Positions 51,931 to 64,000 of a DNA stretch of 64,000 bases are shown piece after piece. The stretch lies in contig OX597816.1 of the NCBI GenBank assembly GCA_951406725.2, positions 141,794,001-141,858,000 on the forward strand. Direction: 5' to 3'. The DNA comes from Octopus vulgaris. Its lineage: Eukaryota. A program made the position numbers and the translations under genes. Below the pieces are notes generated by a model. It saw only the letters and a list, made by a program, of their open reading frames with translations, was not told where the DNA came from and ran no database searches. The number at the start of each line of letters is the position of its first letter. Position 1 is the stretch's first letter.

Positions 51931-54900
51931 CAGTTTATATATGAAGTATGTTTTTCTTCAGTTATAAACAAATGCCCACAGTTATTGATTGCCTGACTGA
52001 TTGATTTATAGACAGATGTATGTGTGTGTGTGAGAGAGAGAGAGAAAATGAGAGAGCAGAGAGTATGCATGTATGTGATGCATGTGTATCAGCATATGTA
52101 TGAACTTTCATACACATGAGTGCACACACAAGTCTGCAGGTGTGTGTATTTTTTTAATTAGATCAGGAAAAAGTATCAGTGGTTTGTTCACAGCTCTATG
52201 ACTTAATGGTTCTGCAAAAGAGACTTATAGAATAAATACCAGATTTAAAAAATAAGTGCTGGGGTTGATTAATTCAACTTAATCCTTCAAAGTGGTGCCC
52301 CAGCATGACTGCAGTCCAATGATTGAAACAAGTACAAGTTAAAGATACACACACACATATATATGTAGTGATGTAGTGTATAGTAATGGAAAGCAGGAAT
52401 TAAAGGAAATCCAAATGAATACCTCAGTGTCAAAACTCTATGTGAAAAACCTGGCTAAAAGAATGTCAGGTAAGCATAATGGGAATCTGTGAAGGTTAAA
52501 TCTATATGGTGTTTAATATGAACTGCAAATCTGAGAAGATTCAACAATCAATTAGTTGGTCCATTTATCATAGAGTATAATAAAGTTACTTTCACAAGTC
52601 ATGCTAACCTGGTTTCTATGGTATATAAATTTCCCACCTGGATGAGATGCCAGTCAGTTGCAGGATCACTCACTTTTGCCAGCCGAGTGAACTGGGGCAA
52701 CATGAAATGAAGTGCTTTGCTCAATTGTAGTGGTGTGGTGGACTCTTATCACTTCAACAAACAAAGATTCACCTATGAGGAATGCATCGCCCAGTCCAGG
52801 AATCAAAACCACAGTCATACAGTCATGAGTCTAACACCTTAACCACTAAGCCAAGCATCTCCACTACAGAGTATGATAGCAAGCAATCAGACAAAATATT
52901 ATGGCAATGTTGTTGCATAACTTTAAGGTTGTGAATGTTTAGAATAAGTAGAGGAACTATTTCATCCCTATAAACATTGATTTGTGCATATAAATTTATA
53001 TGATTCTATTCAACAATTAATTAATCAATTAAACTGCTTTCTCTCCACCCTTCTTGTTAGACATTAAAATTATTTTGGCAGATTTTGAGTTTCCAACAAA
53101 ATATTCTGTTGTGGAAGTGGAGTTACATAGCATCAGAATTAGAAACTTCAAGTATTCCCGTATCAAGATAATTCCATTAATGGAGATTCTAGATAACTCA
53201 CATATCAAATTGCCTTCTTTGACTTAGTATAAACATCCCAAGATGTCATCAAGTTTAAAAGTATGCTAGTACAGGGAATATGGAGAAAAATGGAATTTAC
53301 TACTATATTTTGAATGTTCCAATCACAGTAATGGAAAGGAAGTATACAGATATGTTAATACAAAGAAGAGGTTTAAAAGTAATGAATAAAAGAAAGAATG
53401 GGAAGGGAGGCTTTTTACTGAATGTATATAATAAATTATTGGTTGCTTCTATAGGCAATTCTAGATAATATTAGGTTTACTACAGTTAAACCAAATTAAA
53501 TTAAGCATTATAGTTAAAGATTGGATGACAGATTATTTAAGAAATGAGTACTCAGAATCCATGAGAATAGAACATAGATAAGTTATTAATGTGGGACTTT
53601 TGCATGGAAATTTTAAAAACATCGTATTAAATAAGAATGAACAACAAATTAATAATATTTTATGCTTATCAATTAATTAGATAGTATACATTTGAGAATT
53701 TCCAGTGCCTCTATGATGCACAAATGACAGCTATTACTGCTCCCTCTGTAAGGAAGAGCACTACCTTCAATAGACCATGAAATGGAGTTGTCAATATTCT
53801 GCCCTTTGAGATCCTAGATCCTAGATGAACTTCACCAGCAAAGTGAAGCTTTCTTTTCTTTTGTATTTAAAAAAAATGAATATGGCTCTGTAATCTGGAC
53901 TTGAAATTCAAAGCATTAAGCCCTATGTAATAATAAACATTCTGAGGTGTTTTAACCATGCATTCTATATATTAAATTATTCCTTGAGCATTAATTATCC
54001 AAAGGATATTTATCATCTGTTAGATATGTAACTACAAAAGGCCTTATTTATTGTAAAAGTGATAAGGTTATTGCTATATTATTATCATCACCAATTTTGT
54101 ACCAGATAGATGTGCATTATTTGTAACAGACCCAGATTTCTCTACACAGTCCGAATAAATAAATGTAGCATCACTATTTCTAATAGCATTCAGTTTCTAA
54201 CTGTTAATAACTGCTATAATACCTACTAAATTAAGAGTAGTGAAATAAGCAAAGGTAATTTTCATTACTCACAAAGGAATTCTATTCCCATGTCTGTTAT
54301 AATGATTCATATTGGTTTCAAATTTTGGCACAAGGCCAGCAATTTTGGGGTAGGTGTAAGTCAATTAAATTGACCCTGTAGTCAACTAGTACTTATTTTA
54401 TTGACCCTGAAAGGATGAAAGGCAAAGTTGACCCTGGTGGTATTTGAACATAAAGTTGGAAGATGTGTCACTAAGCATTTTTCCGGTACAGTAACAATTC
54501 TACTACCTTGTCATCTTTATAATCATTTATATTACCTTGACATTTATTATATTTATGTTCTTGCAAGTACAGTCCACTGTACAGGTATTTTGTATTTCCT
54601 TCAGAAATATAAGTTTTCAGTTTATCCTACCCTAGCTAAAGTGACATTATAATATTCTGTCTTCTGTAAAAAAAATCTCATTAGTTGATAGCCTAAATTA
54701 TTTGGTGCATTTTCTTTTTCCAACACCAATACTATAGATGTTATCTTTCCCTTGGCACGGCTAAAGAGCCCTCTTAAACCATATGTTGTCAATATTCACC
54801 TCAATCTATAAACCACTTACATAGTGTACTGAGTGCTTTCATCATAACACCAGCACTAGTATTGTCACTTTGTGGCTCACAAGAGACAATCCTCATAACT

Positions 54901-55419
54901 GAATTAGAGTAAAAGTGCAATTATGATGGAAGAAACAGATTTTTTTTTATTGTACGCAAGCAGTGGAGAGAGTAAGAGAGGGGAACAGTGCTCTTTGGCT
55001 GCCACGTTTCAATTTCTTCAATTTTTGTTCCAACTGATTTTATATTTGGTATATTGGTGTAGTTTTTTTATGGTAATCATTGACATGAAATTCATTTTTG
55101 CCATAAATCAATAAAGAGTTAATACCTTTTAAATTTGTAAATTTGGGGTAACTTTAGCTAATCTAAAGCCACAGACATATAGATTCCTGTTTCAATAGTA
55201 AAAACCATGCCAAAACAGATACAATAGCCTGGGGTAGTCTTCTACTTGAGCGGCTCCTGTCAAACCGTCCAACTCATGTCAGCATGGAAGGCAAACGTTA
55301 AATGATGATGATACACACACACACCTTATTTTCTCCCTATCAGATCACACTAACATAATTTGTGCTGGGCTGATGGTGCTCTCTCTTACCCACAGTATAT
55401 GAAATCTAAAGAGAAAAGT

Positions 55420-56130
55420 TCTAGTGCCCCAAGGATTGGCTCTAGTGTATCCTACCCCAGGAATGGGTTATGTCTCTAACAGTCTTTCTACATACTGTCA
55501 TCTCCAGCTATGCCCACTCTTACACAGATGCCACCCCAACTTTTCATTCCTTCTTAAACTTCCATATCTAAGCATCAGTTTTGTGCAGGACAAACACTTT
55601 GTGCTCCAAATTCACACTAACACCATGAAAAAGGATCTCGAAAACATCCCCCAACAGATTCCTGTTAGTCTGGTTTCTTTCAACAATGAAAATAATCACT
55701 GCACATACCAAGAGTCAAAAATCATTGAATGTATCAAGAGTAGTCATTGATCTTCATCTTCACTCTTAAATATGAGCAGCGCACAAACTCTTACAACTGT
55801 TTCAAATGCAAGGCTTCACTAGTAGTTAGGGTCTCTCTTACAAACACACATCTTCAACATAAGACTGGCCTTTCTATTCAGACCCAGAAAATACTTTGGC
55901 TACCACAACGGCATGCTGCTCTCAACATCTGAGATATTGCTGCAGCTGCTGATGCACACAGATACATCCTGGACCACATCCAGAAAAGGGTCACTTGACT
56001 AATTGGCATAAAGTTACTTACAGACATGCCCCAACCTCTCAAATCCACAAACACACTGCCGTTTTTCTGTGGCTTTTTCTACTGCTACTAGTTACTCAGA
56101 GGTGGTTGAGCTTATGGCACCTCCATTAAA
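55420..56130 (+). mobile_element. Decayed CR1/L2-like LINE RT fragment
   Basis: VPQG motif at 55424; downstream similarity to the 62200-63550 remnant (tccagaaaagggtcac, ttttctactgctac). Confidence 0.45.
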
Positions 56131-56229
56131 GGACCTGACTACTCATTTCTTTCTCTCTCCCTCTACACACACACAAACACACATACGCATATAGATAGAT
56201 GTACGTTATATATATTTTTATTATTAAGA

Positions 56230-59200
56230 AACAGTCCTCCCAAAAGGAGGACAATGAGAGACTTTCTACAATTTCAGTAACCATAGAATACACATGGGCA
56301 ATGAGATAGCTTCCCCAAATTACACATCTGGGGTAAGTGTTGAAAGTTAAGTTCCATTGTGGGAAGATTTGAAGAATGTAAAGACAGATTGATCCAAGAC
56401 AACTGTGGAGGCTGGGGAAAAAAAGATGCAGTGCAGAGTGGAGACACCCAGTGAGATGCTGGAGGATTTCATTTAGAGCGAGAGACCACTCAGTAGTTAT
56501 TTCACCTGAAAACCACAGGCAAGAGTGTTATAATGCTACCTAAAACACCCAACTTTCAAAAAAAGAGAGTTAATTGTTCCCCACTGGATGTCAACAAAGC
56601 ATGGTATAAACTAGTTCAGGACCTTCACAGGCTTTTGTAAGTTATATTAGCAGGGCCACTTAAAAGGAAAATTGAGTGTTTGATAGCAAATGTCTTCAAC
56701 ATGCCCAAGGAATACTTTGGTGCCAAAAAGAGGAAGGATGCAGCTGGAAAGCAACTCAACAAGAGGGAGTGAAAGATCTTGCATCTGAGGAGATAAATTA
56801 AGATTCTCAATAAGCAATTTAAAAGCACAAATGTTGAGGGAAAAAAAGATATAAAAGACTTGACTATGGGACTCTGGGAGCAACTGTGCAGATAAGTGAG
56901 CTCAATTTATGAAGGACCCATAGAAGATTAGCAAAACTCTATTAGGACAAGCAATATATCTAGGAAGTTGTGAACGAATTCCTTAAAGAGAGCCATTGTG
57001 ACATTACTTAGGTGATGAGCATTAAGGGCACAACCAAAGGTCAGGAAAGTGAGAGCTCCTGAAGCTGAGCTTGATACTAGGAAGTCAGAATGGATAGAAG
57101 CCAAAGATGTTGAATGGGTACCTCAATCAGCATTGTATATGGTAAGAAGACAAGCATAATGCTACTTCCCAAGCTATGAGAACTTTTGCAGAAAGTATGG
57201 GCAACAGGTACCATCCCTTCATTCTGGTAGGAGCTGATACCTGAATCACACTGACGTGAGCAGACTCCTCTGAGATTAACCTGTTCCAAACCATTTCTTG
57301 CCTGAGTATTAAAAATAAGATCTTCTCAGTCTTACTCTAAAAGATGATCTACATGGTGAGGAATAAATGTATTAATACATCTCTTTGCCCTGCACATCTT
57401 TAGATATTTGGAACACACAGTTGTACTAAACCATCAGATCTGAAAGGCCAAGATAAAAGGCAATCTAAGAATAGTCTGGCTTTACTTGACCATTGTGTAC
57501 AGCTCAATCCCTCACATCATCAATAGAGCTATAGAACACTACCATACTTCCCACAACATTAAGGGAATGATTGCCAGCTACTTTAGAGGATTCAAGTTCA
57601 GTTCAACACCACCTATTTCACAGCTCAGTAGCAGAATCTGGAAAAATTATAATCTTATACATACTTGTCTTGGCAATGAATCTGCACATAACAGCAGCAT
57701 GGAAAGTATCCAGAGGGCCAATAATGAAATCTGGCATCTGCCAACCACCATTGAGAGCCTTCTGACCAAAATGCTTCAACCTATGTACAAGCAAAGAAGA
57801 TCCTGAAGGCACTTGGTAACCATAGACCAGGATGCAATTGAAACCAAAGAGTTCAAAAAGCTTGTTGACCAGGAGTGGGAATGTAACTAGCATGTTCTGG
57901 CTCCAGGTTCAAAGTGGGGTTATACCAGCTATTGAGGAGAATACAAGTAATGTGGTATGATTCCTCCTTTACTGGAAGAGATGGTACATTTAAGCAGAGA
58001 AACAAGCAGATGATTGGATAAAAGAGACAGACAGAGGGATCAGGCTTATCAGATCAGTTCATAGGCTGCTACATAAACTCATGACTGCAGCTGATGTATG
58101 AAATATATGACATCTTTGAACAACATCTCTACAGATGGGTTGGAATTCCACCAAACCATTAGTGGTGATATAGTCCACAGATGTCATAGATATCTATGAG
58201 AGCTCATAGTGTTGAGGATCCAAGAGACAACAGAAAACAATCACTATGTGAATGTGGTAGGGCTTGCTTACCAGGGATATTGGATACAGTAGATCAGTCA
58301 CTCAAGCGACCACTGTTCTGGAGGGTACTCTATAAGTAAAGTTGTCCTTCTTATTGTGAAGGCGCATAGCTCAGTGGTTAGAGCATTAGGCTCACAATCA
58401 TGGGGTAGTGAGTTTGATTCCCGGAGCAGGCTGTGTATTGTATTCTTGAGCAAGACACTTTATTTCCCATTGCTCCAGTTCACTCAGCTGTAGAAATGAG
58501 TTGCAAAATCACTGGTGCCAAGCTGTATTAGCCTTTGCTTTTCCCTTGGGTAACATCGGTGGCATGGAGAGGGGAGGCTGGTATGCATGGGCAACTGCTG
58601 GTCTTCCATAAACAACCTTGCCTGGACTTGTACCTTGGAGAGTAACTTTCTAGGTGCAATCCCATGGTCATTCATGTCTGAAGTGGGTCTTTACCACTTC
58701 CAATGCACTGTTGCTGACCTCTTACCAACCTAAAATAACCCTAAAATTTGGGACAAAGGCCTATCCTGCAAACAGCATGGAGTAATTCACTGCACCCTGA
58801 ACCACATTCTGATCTGATACCCTAGAAACACTGGGAAATGGTTAACAAAAGTGAAGGCATAAGGTCCTTAGAAAAATTACCAAATGAACAAACCTGCAGA
58901 GAGTTATGGTCAACAAGCAAAGAGCATCACTAAAAGATATCAGAGTCCTAAAGGAAAGTAATAAGAGTCCTTAGACAAAAGTAGCTGTGGAGAGCCATAT
59001 TCTATTTTGCATCAAGCCTCAGACTGGGGGATGCAAGTAAATCTGAAAGGTAGACACTTCTTTCTGGAAGGGGTGGTGGTAACATTGCTCCAAAAAGACA
59101 TGGTTTTTCTTTTCAGGATCATCATGACTGAACTCACAGAACTCTGGGAGGGCAAATTTAACATCTTTCACCATCTGATTTGGTTAATGAGATCCTTGTT

Positions 59201-59540
59201 AAAGGATGGCATTCCCCATTAAAGTCAGTTGCTACTGTTTCCTGGCAAGATCAGTGTGTTATTAGTAGCATATCATTGATTCAGAACCCAAATAACAGAA
59301 GACTGTTGTTACAAAGATGACCAAAGTACTTGAGAACTGTTCAAAGTGCTTATTTGTGGTTGACAGAGACTGCAGATGAAACGCTTCTGAGGACAAAGAC
59401 TGATTCATTCCTTACTGCCATACTCAGAAGCATACAGAGTAAAGAGTGAAATACTTGTGACCCTGAGATACTGTCACTAAGATTTTAAAGTAATTCCTGC
59501 AGTTTCTGCTTGGAGCAAAGTATCTGTGATGCTATTTCAC
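56230..59540 (+). mobile_element. Decayed Hero/NeSL-like RLE non-LTR retrotransposon, interrupted by a SINE
   Basis: VWLYLTIVYSSIPH (~57473; VWLDL.NAYGSIPH-like), KSGICQPPLRAF, and ASDWGMQVNLKG...TLLQKDMVF...IMTELTELWE (RPD...ELTVPWE-like). Confidence 0.6.
58358..58695 (+). mobile_element. tRNA-derived SINE
   Basis: gaaggcgcatagctcagtggttagagc...gagtttgattcccgg (A and B boxes). Confidence 0.85.
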
Positions 59541-59600
59541 CAGGTGGAACAAACAGGAGAAATTGAACTCAGTCTGTCTATCTGCCCCCCCCTCTCTCTC

Positions 59601-59631
<31 letters not shown>

Positions 59632-59641
59632 CCATACATTC

Positions 59642-59688
<47 letters not shown>

Positions 59689-60861
59689 GGCGGTGCTCCA
59701 GCATGGCCGCAGTCATTTGACTGAAACAAGTAAAAGAATAATATATATATATATGTATGTGTATGTGTGTGTCAATGCGTAAAAGTTATAAAGATGAATA
59801 AAGTAGCTTTATATACGACAGACACTAAACCATTTTCAAGTCTCAAACAAAAGAAGAAAAAAGGAAGCCTTTTACAGACTACTAACAATTATAATTGTAA
59901 ATTGTGGTATAATCCTATTAGATGTAGAAAATAGCATGATGTTTCTAGAAGAAATAAAAGGAAGGAAGTCCTCTACCGGCAAAAAGTGTTACGTCTAATT
60001 TTGGTAGAACTATTTCCTGAAGATCATATTTCTTCCTAGGTCAAGGTGTGCTTCTTTTGAAGTACAACTCCATACAAGGTAAACTAGAGGTTTCAAACAT
60101 CCACAACTTGTGAAAAGTTACCAAACTATGAAAAAGAACAATAAAAATGTAAAGAATAGATGAAAAAAACCCAATCCGATTTTAAGTAACTAAATAAATA
60201 AAGATGTAACTATAATATCGATTTTTTTTCATATCGTCACATGCATAATATATTTACATTATCATAAAGACAGACGTAAATGAGGGAGGGGAATGGGAAA
60301 ATGTAAATGAATGTCAGAGATTTTAAGGTAAACAAAATATATACGTATTCTATTGAGTAAGAAGTATTCACGTGCAGAAGCAGACGGCCGTTATAAATGA
60401 ATAAACAAAAAGACAACATGGAAAGATTCTTGCTAGTTATCGAATTTTTGGTTTGAGTGAGTCACATACCTCAGTAATATAAACACAGATACGGTGGAAC
60501 CGGGTTTTGTTTCTATTTATAAATTACCTCCTTAATGACGACATAGAATAAATAATTAAAGAACTAGAATATTTTTCTATTTGATGCATGTTCGAATATA
60601 GGACCCCATACACACACACTTAACTTAGTCTCAAACGGACGACTACAACTGCGATTTAATATATCGCCGTGAGATGTTAATAACCAAATCAATATATATA
60701 GATATATGTGTACAAACGACTGACAAAGACTCGTATCAAATGTTACATAGAGTAACGATAACTACTGACACTCCTCTTATTCACTTGACAGTTGACACGG
60801 ATGAACAGACGTTGGAATGATCGACAGAAAATGCTAATAAGAAAGATAGAAAGACACTCAC

Positions 60862-61374
60862 CCAACCAGAACTAAAACACTGGATGACATTGTACAGAAA
60901 GGAAAAAAAATTGTAAATCCATGAAAAGATAGAATCGATCGGTCCAAAATAGTACAACAAATTCAGGCAGGGTAATCCAACAGCTCCAACTATAATTAGC
61001 TTGAAATGTTTTATTAAAGTATTGCTGATAATTTCAGAGATGTCATTGACAGATTTGATCGGAATAAGGACCACTCCGGCAGCAAAAGGGGTACCGGACT
61101 CATGTAATCCCTGAAGCCAACTCCTCAAGACACTGGTCAATGTTCGTTTGAATGGATATAAGAAGGTTCCACATAATACAGCCCATAGTAAGGGTCTGAG
61201 AAAGGCCTGTAGGACAAAATAGACAGCCACTAATACCAAACTAGCGAATATAACGAAGAAGTTGGCCGCTGTGTTGTACAGGGCCTTCTTCAGTGCTTTT
61301 TCGTGACCCTGTGGAAGTATCTGAAACACATTGTCGAAAGAGGATCGAAAGTATTCAAACGACGGTGAAGCCAT
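60862..61374 (-). CDS. TMEM245: TMEM245 coding exon 1 (171 codons)
   Basis: aacATGG start. Contains KALKKALYNTAA...VYFVLQAFLRPLLWAVLCGTFLYPFK, the diagnostic TMEM245 N-terminal motif. Donor GTGAGT follows codon 171 (W). Confidence 0.93.
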
Positions 61375-61800
61375 GTTCTTCTGCTGTTGCTGGGGAGCTT
61401 ATTGTACACAAATACGGTTGTCACTTCCTGAACAATTACATTATAGTGATGGTAGCAATAGCGTGTTTGGCAGTGATCGGTGACTGAGAATCGGCGAGGA
61501 GACAGACTACAGAAACTGTATCAAGCTCCGGAGTAAATAACAACGGTGTCATACAAAAATCAATAGATTTCTTAACAATGTTCCGCAGTGCGTTTTCTGT
61601 ATAACATGTTAGCAATTAATATTCATCTTATTTTTAACAAATATTAGGCTTAAAATACAGTTTGAAAATGCCTTAATCTAAACGAGGTTAAAAGTTATAA
61701 ATTAAGTTTTATGTAATATTTATTCCTAACTGAACAGCGGACCGTCTGTTAACTCGGTAAGTTTTCAGACGTAACCAATGTTATTGTTACGAAGGTCTAC
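61375..61800 (-). promoter_or_regulatory. Probable TMEM245 5' UTR/promoter
   Basis: Repeat-free region immediately upstream of the ATG, with visibly more CpG than the intron. ETS-like CAGGAAGTG at 61422-61430 on the minus strand. TSS cannot be determined. Confidence 0.45.
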
Positions 61801-62199
61801 ATCTGCATCTGTTAGATGTTTTCATTAAAGTACATCGGAGAAAATCTTATAACCTGGAACTACTCCATAAACAGATTCATTTTTTTTTTTTTTTTCTTCA
61901 GCAAAACTTGACTTTGTTAGCCAGGTTTTGTTGCCTAACGAATCTTTATATTTCATGTAAAATTTATTTAGCGAAAATGTCAACAAACTAGGTAGCCTGG
62001 AATATACTTAACATTCTGAACTGCACCTTCAAATAATATCCAACTACTCACAGTACCCTACAACCTAAAGTCGACATAATTGTTGTTTCTTCTCGTTCTT
62101 TCTCTTCCTCAATGACTACGACCTTTCTTCTAAAGTACCATCTCCGTCAAAGTACACCTGACTTACTCCCTCCCCATCACACATCATTTATCCATCCGT

Positions 62200-63550
62200 T
62201 ATCTCAGTTGGTTCTCTCTACTGCTATTTTTTTTTTTTTTTTTTCATAAAGAACCTAGCCTTCGCCTTCTGGAATTCTCTCTCTGCGCACATTTCTTTCT
62301 CAGGGGCATCAACTTTCAGCTAATTTTCAGCTGCAGCAACCTCACCAGTTTGGAAAGGTTACATAAGATATCCTTTCTACTCCGACTAATTATTGTAACA
62401 CAAAATGGATAATTGCTTGGTTTCTACTTAACCCTGGTAATTATTCATCTATTACTCTTCTGACATCGCAAAGGTGATAAAGACAGTCATAAACAATAAC
62501 TTTCTCCATCGACTTGAAGCTCTTTCTCTCTTCATGGGCTGCCAATATAGGTTTCATAAAACCAAATCTGCTAGAATCCTATTTTCCTTCATCATCCACC
62601 TGTGAGCTAGCTCTCATCTTCTAGAAATTTAGGGAAAACAATGTTGTTGCACTTGACATCAGTAAACCTTTCAACCATGTCTGACATGTAAATCTTTTAA
62701 TAAATCTTCCTGCCTATTGAGCCGATCGGTGGTTTCCTGTCATATAGCATCTCAACAGTGCAGATGAATCTTTCTTTGGTATACCCTGCTTTCTTACCCA
62801 TCCTCTTATAATGCCTATTCAACCTTCACACATGCATCATTTATATGCAACCTAAACACCTCCTACCAAATTTACACTGTGAACAGTGATCTCAAAATCA
62901 TCCTTTGGTGCTTCAATCTTGTTTACTTCAACAGCCCAAAGACAAATTCTTTGTATGTGTCAAGAAAACATCACACTCCACCCTCTATAACTGAGTAACA
63001 TGTAACTAGGACCTTCAAAAACCAGGGGACCACTAAGGATGTCTCCTGGTGAATCCACATGTTCAACAAACTAAAACTTGCATCACAATGACTGCCCTTC
63101 CTCTTCACAGCTGGACAGTACTTCATCCTTATCATGTGAGACCACAAGAAAGTACTGCTCTGTCATTTGAGACAGTGCTACTGTAACATATACAGACGTA
63201 GACTACATTCAAAGGATGGTCACTCAACTGAGTAGCATAAAACCACTCACACATGCACCAGCCTTTAGCTCACTAATATGCTGTTTCACCTCCTTACCTT
63301 TTTACTGCTACCACAGTGATCTCTGCTACTCAGATCTGATAGGTTTCATGTTGCCCCCAATAAGGCAATCATGATGTGCTCATCTCTCTTTTTTTTACCT
63401 CACCTATATTGTGTTCTGTCTTCTGGCTCTTACTGACCATTACACCCAGTATGCCAGCCCACTGGAATCTCCTTACATATTTTTTTGTTACTGTCATTGA
63501 CTTGCAACTATTCAAGAGGTATATTCACTGCATGGACCTCACCAGACTCA
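62200..63550 (+). mobile_element. Decayed CR1/L2-like LINE RT fragment
   Basis: GCQYRFHK...S (QYGFR-like) and VVALDISKPFNHV*H (LDISKAFDRVWH-like) at ~62643-62688. Confidence 0.6.
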
Positions 63551-64000
63551 TAACTTCACTAGATGCCTATAAAAGATGGAGACACAACACCTTATTCCAT
63601 ATCAAACAAATAAAAAAAAGTGTATATAACATTTAATTAAGCACATCTAACCATCATCATCACCACCAACCCAACATTCCATCATTGAATATTACACCAC
63701 TACAAACATTGATATCATCACTCCACAATTTGTCAATGATATTATCACTTCTCACAGCAATAAACCTGACAATTTCTGGTGATATGAAATGCCTAATTGG
63801 TAATATCATCATCATTCAACATTCGTTTTCCATGCTGACATGGGTTGGACAGTTTGACAGGAGCTGGCCAGCTGAAGAGCTGTCCAGGATCCATGTCTGT
63901 TTTGACATGGTTTCTACTGCTAGATGCCCTTCCTAACACCAACCACTTTACAAATGTACTGGGTGTTTTTTCACAGCACCAGCATGAGTACTTTTATGTG

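Larger units (their letters stand above)
3226..60861 (-). other. TMEM245: TMEM245 intron between coding exons 1 and 2 (57,636 bp, GT-AG, phase 0)
   Basis: Donor TGG|GTGAGT at 60861 and acceptor at 3226. The spliced junction QCFSSGW|IWTVVLGY is colinear with vertebrate TMEM245 (DYFSSLW IWTLVVGY, from memory), so no exon appears to be missing. Confidence 0.85.

Noticed and set aside
60781-60861. 26-codon extension of the TMEM245 exon 1 ORF
   Set aside because: It lies beyond a strong GTGAGT donor, and homology continues in exon 2, so this is intronic read-through.
1-64000. CRISPR arrays, operons or other prokaryotic systems
   Set aside because: The sequence is eukaryotic intronic DNA with no regularly spaced repeat-spacer array.

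Overview
AT-rich, microsatellite- and SINE-dense animal genomic DNA. The repeat families look cephalopod/octopus-like to me, which is recognition from memory rather than a database result. The only host gene I can support is TMEM245 on the minus strand. Coding exon 1 (61374-60862) splices in phase 0 to exon 2 (3225-2994) across a ~57.6-kb intron that fills most of the window. That intron holds many decayed transposons: >20 copies of tRNA-derived SINEs, a full-length dead mariner with TIRs, hAT- and piggyBac-type MITEs, and R4/Dong, RTE, CR1/L2 and Hero-like LINE remnants. The most striking structure is a ~2.9-kb near-perfect palindrome (15886-18782). It consists of two head-to-head, 5'-truncated Penelope-like elements (RT C-terminus, Cys linker, GIY-YIG endonuclease) with complementary inactivating mutations and a stuttered fold-back scar at the centre. 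Each arm ends in a minimal hammerhead-ribozyme-like motif with a U3-A8 core variant. Several unrelated short elements in or next to (TA)n tracts carry similar hammerhead-like cores with palindromic helix III and/or fold-back ends, and one has a tRNA-like Pol III head. Together they suggest a Penelope-driven family of non-autonomous ribozyme-bearing mini-retroelements. Coordinates of decayed repeats are approximate, and identities are visual estimates.
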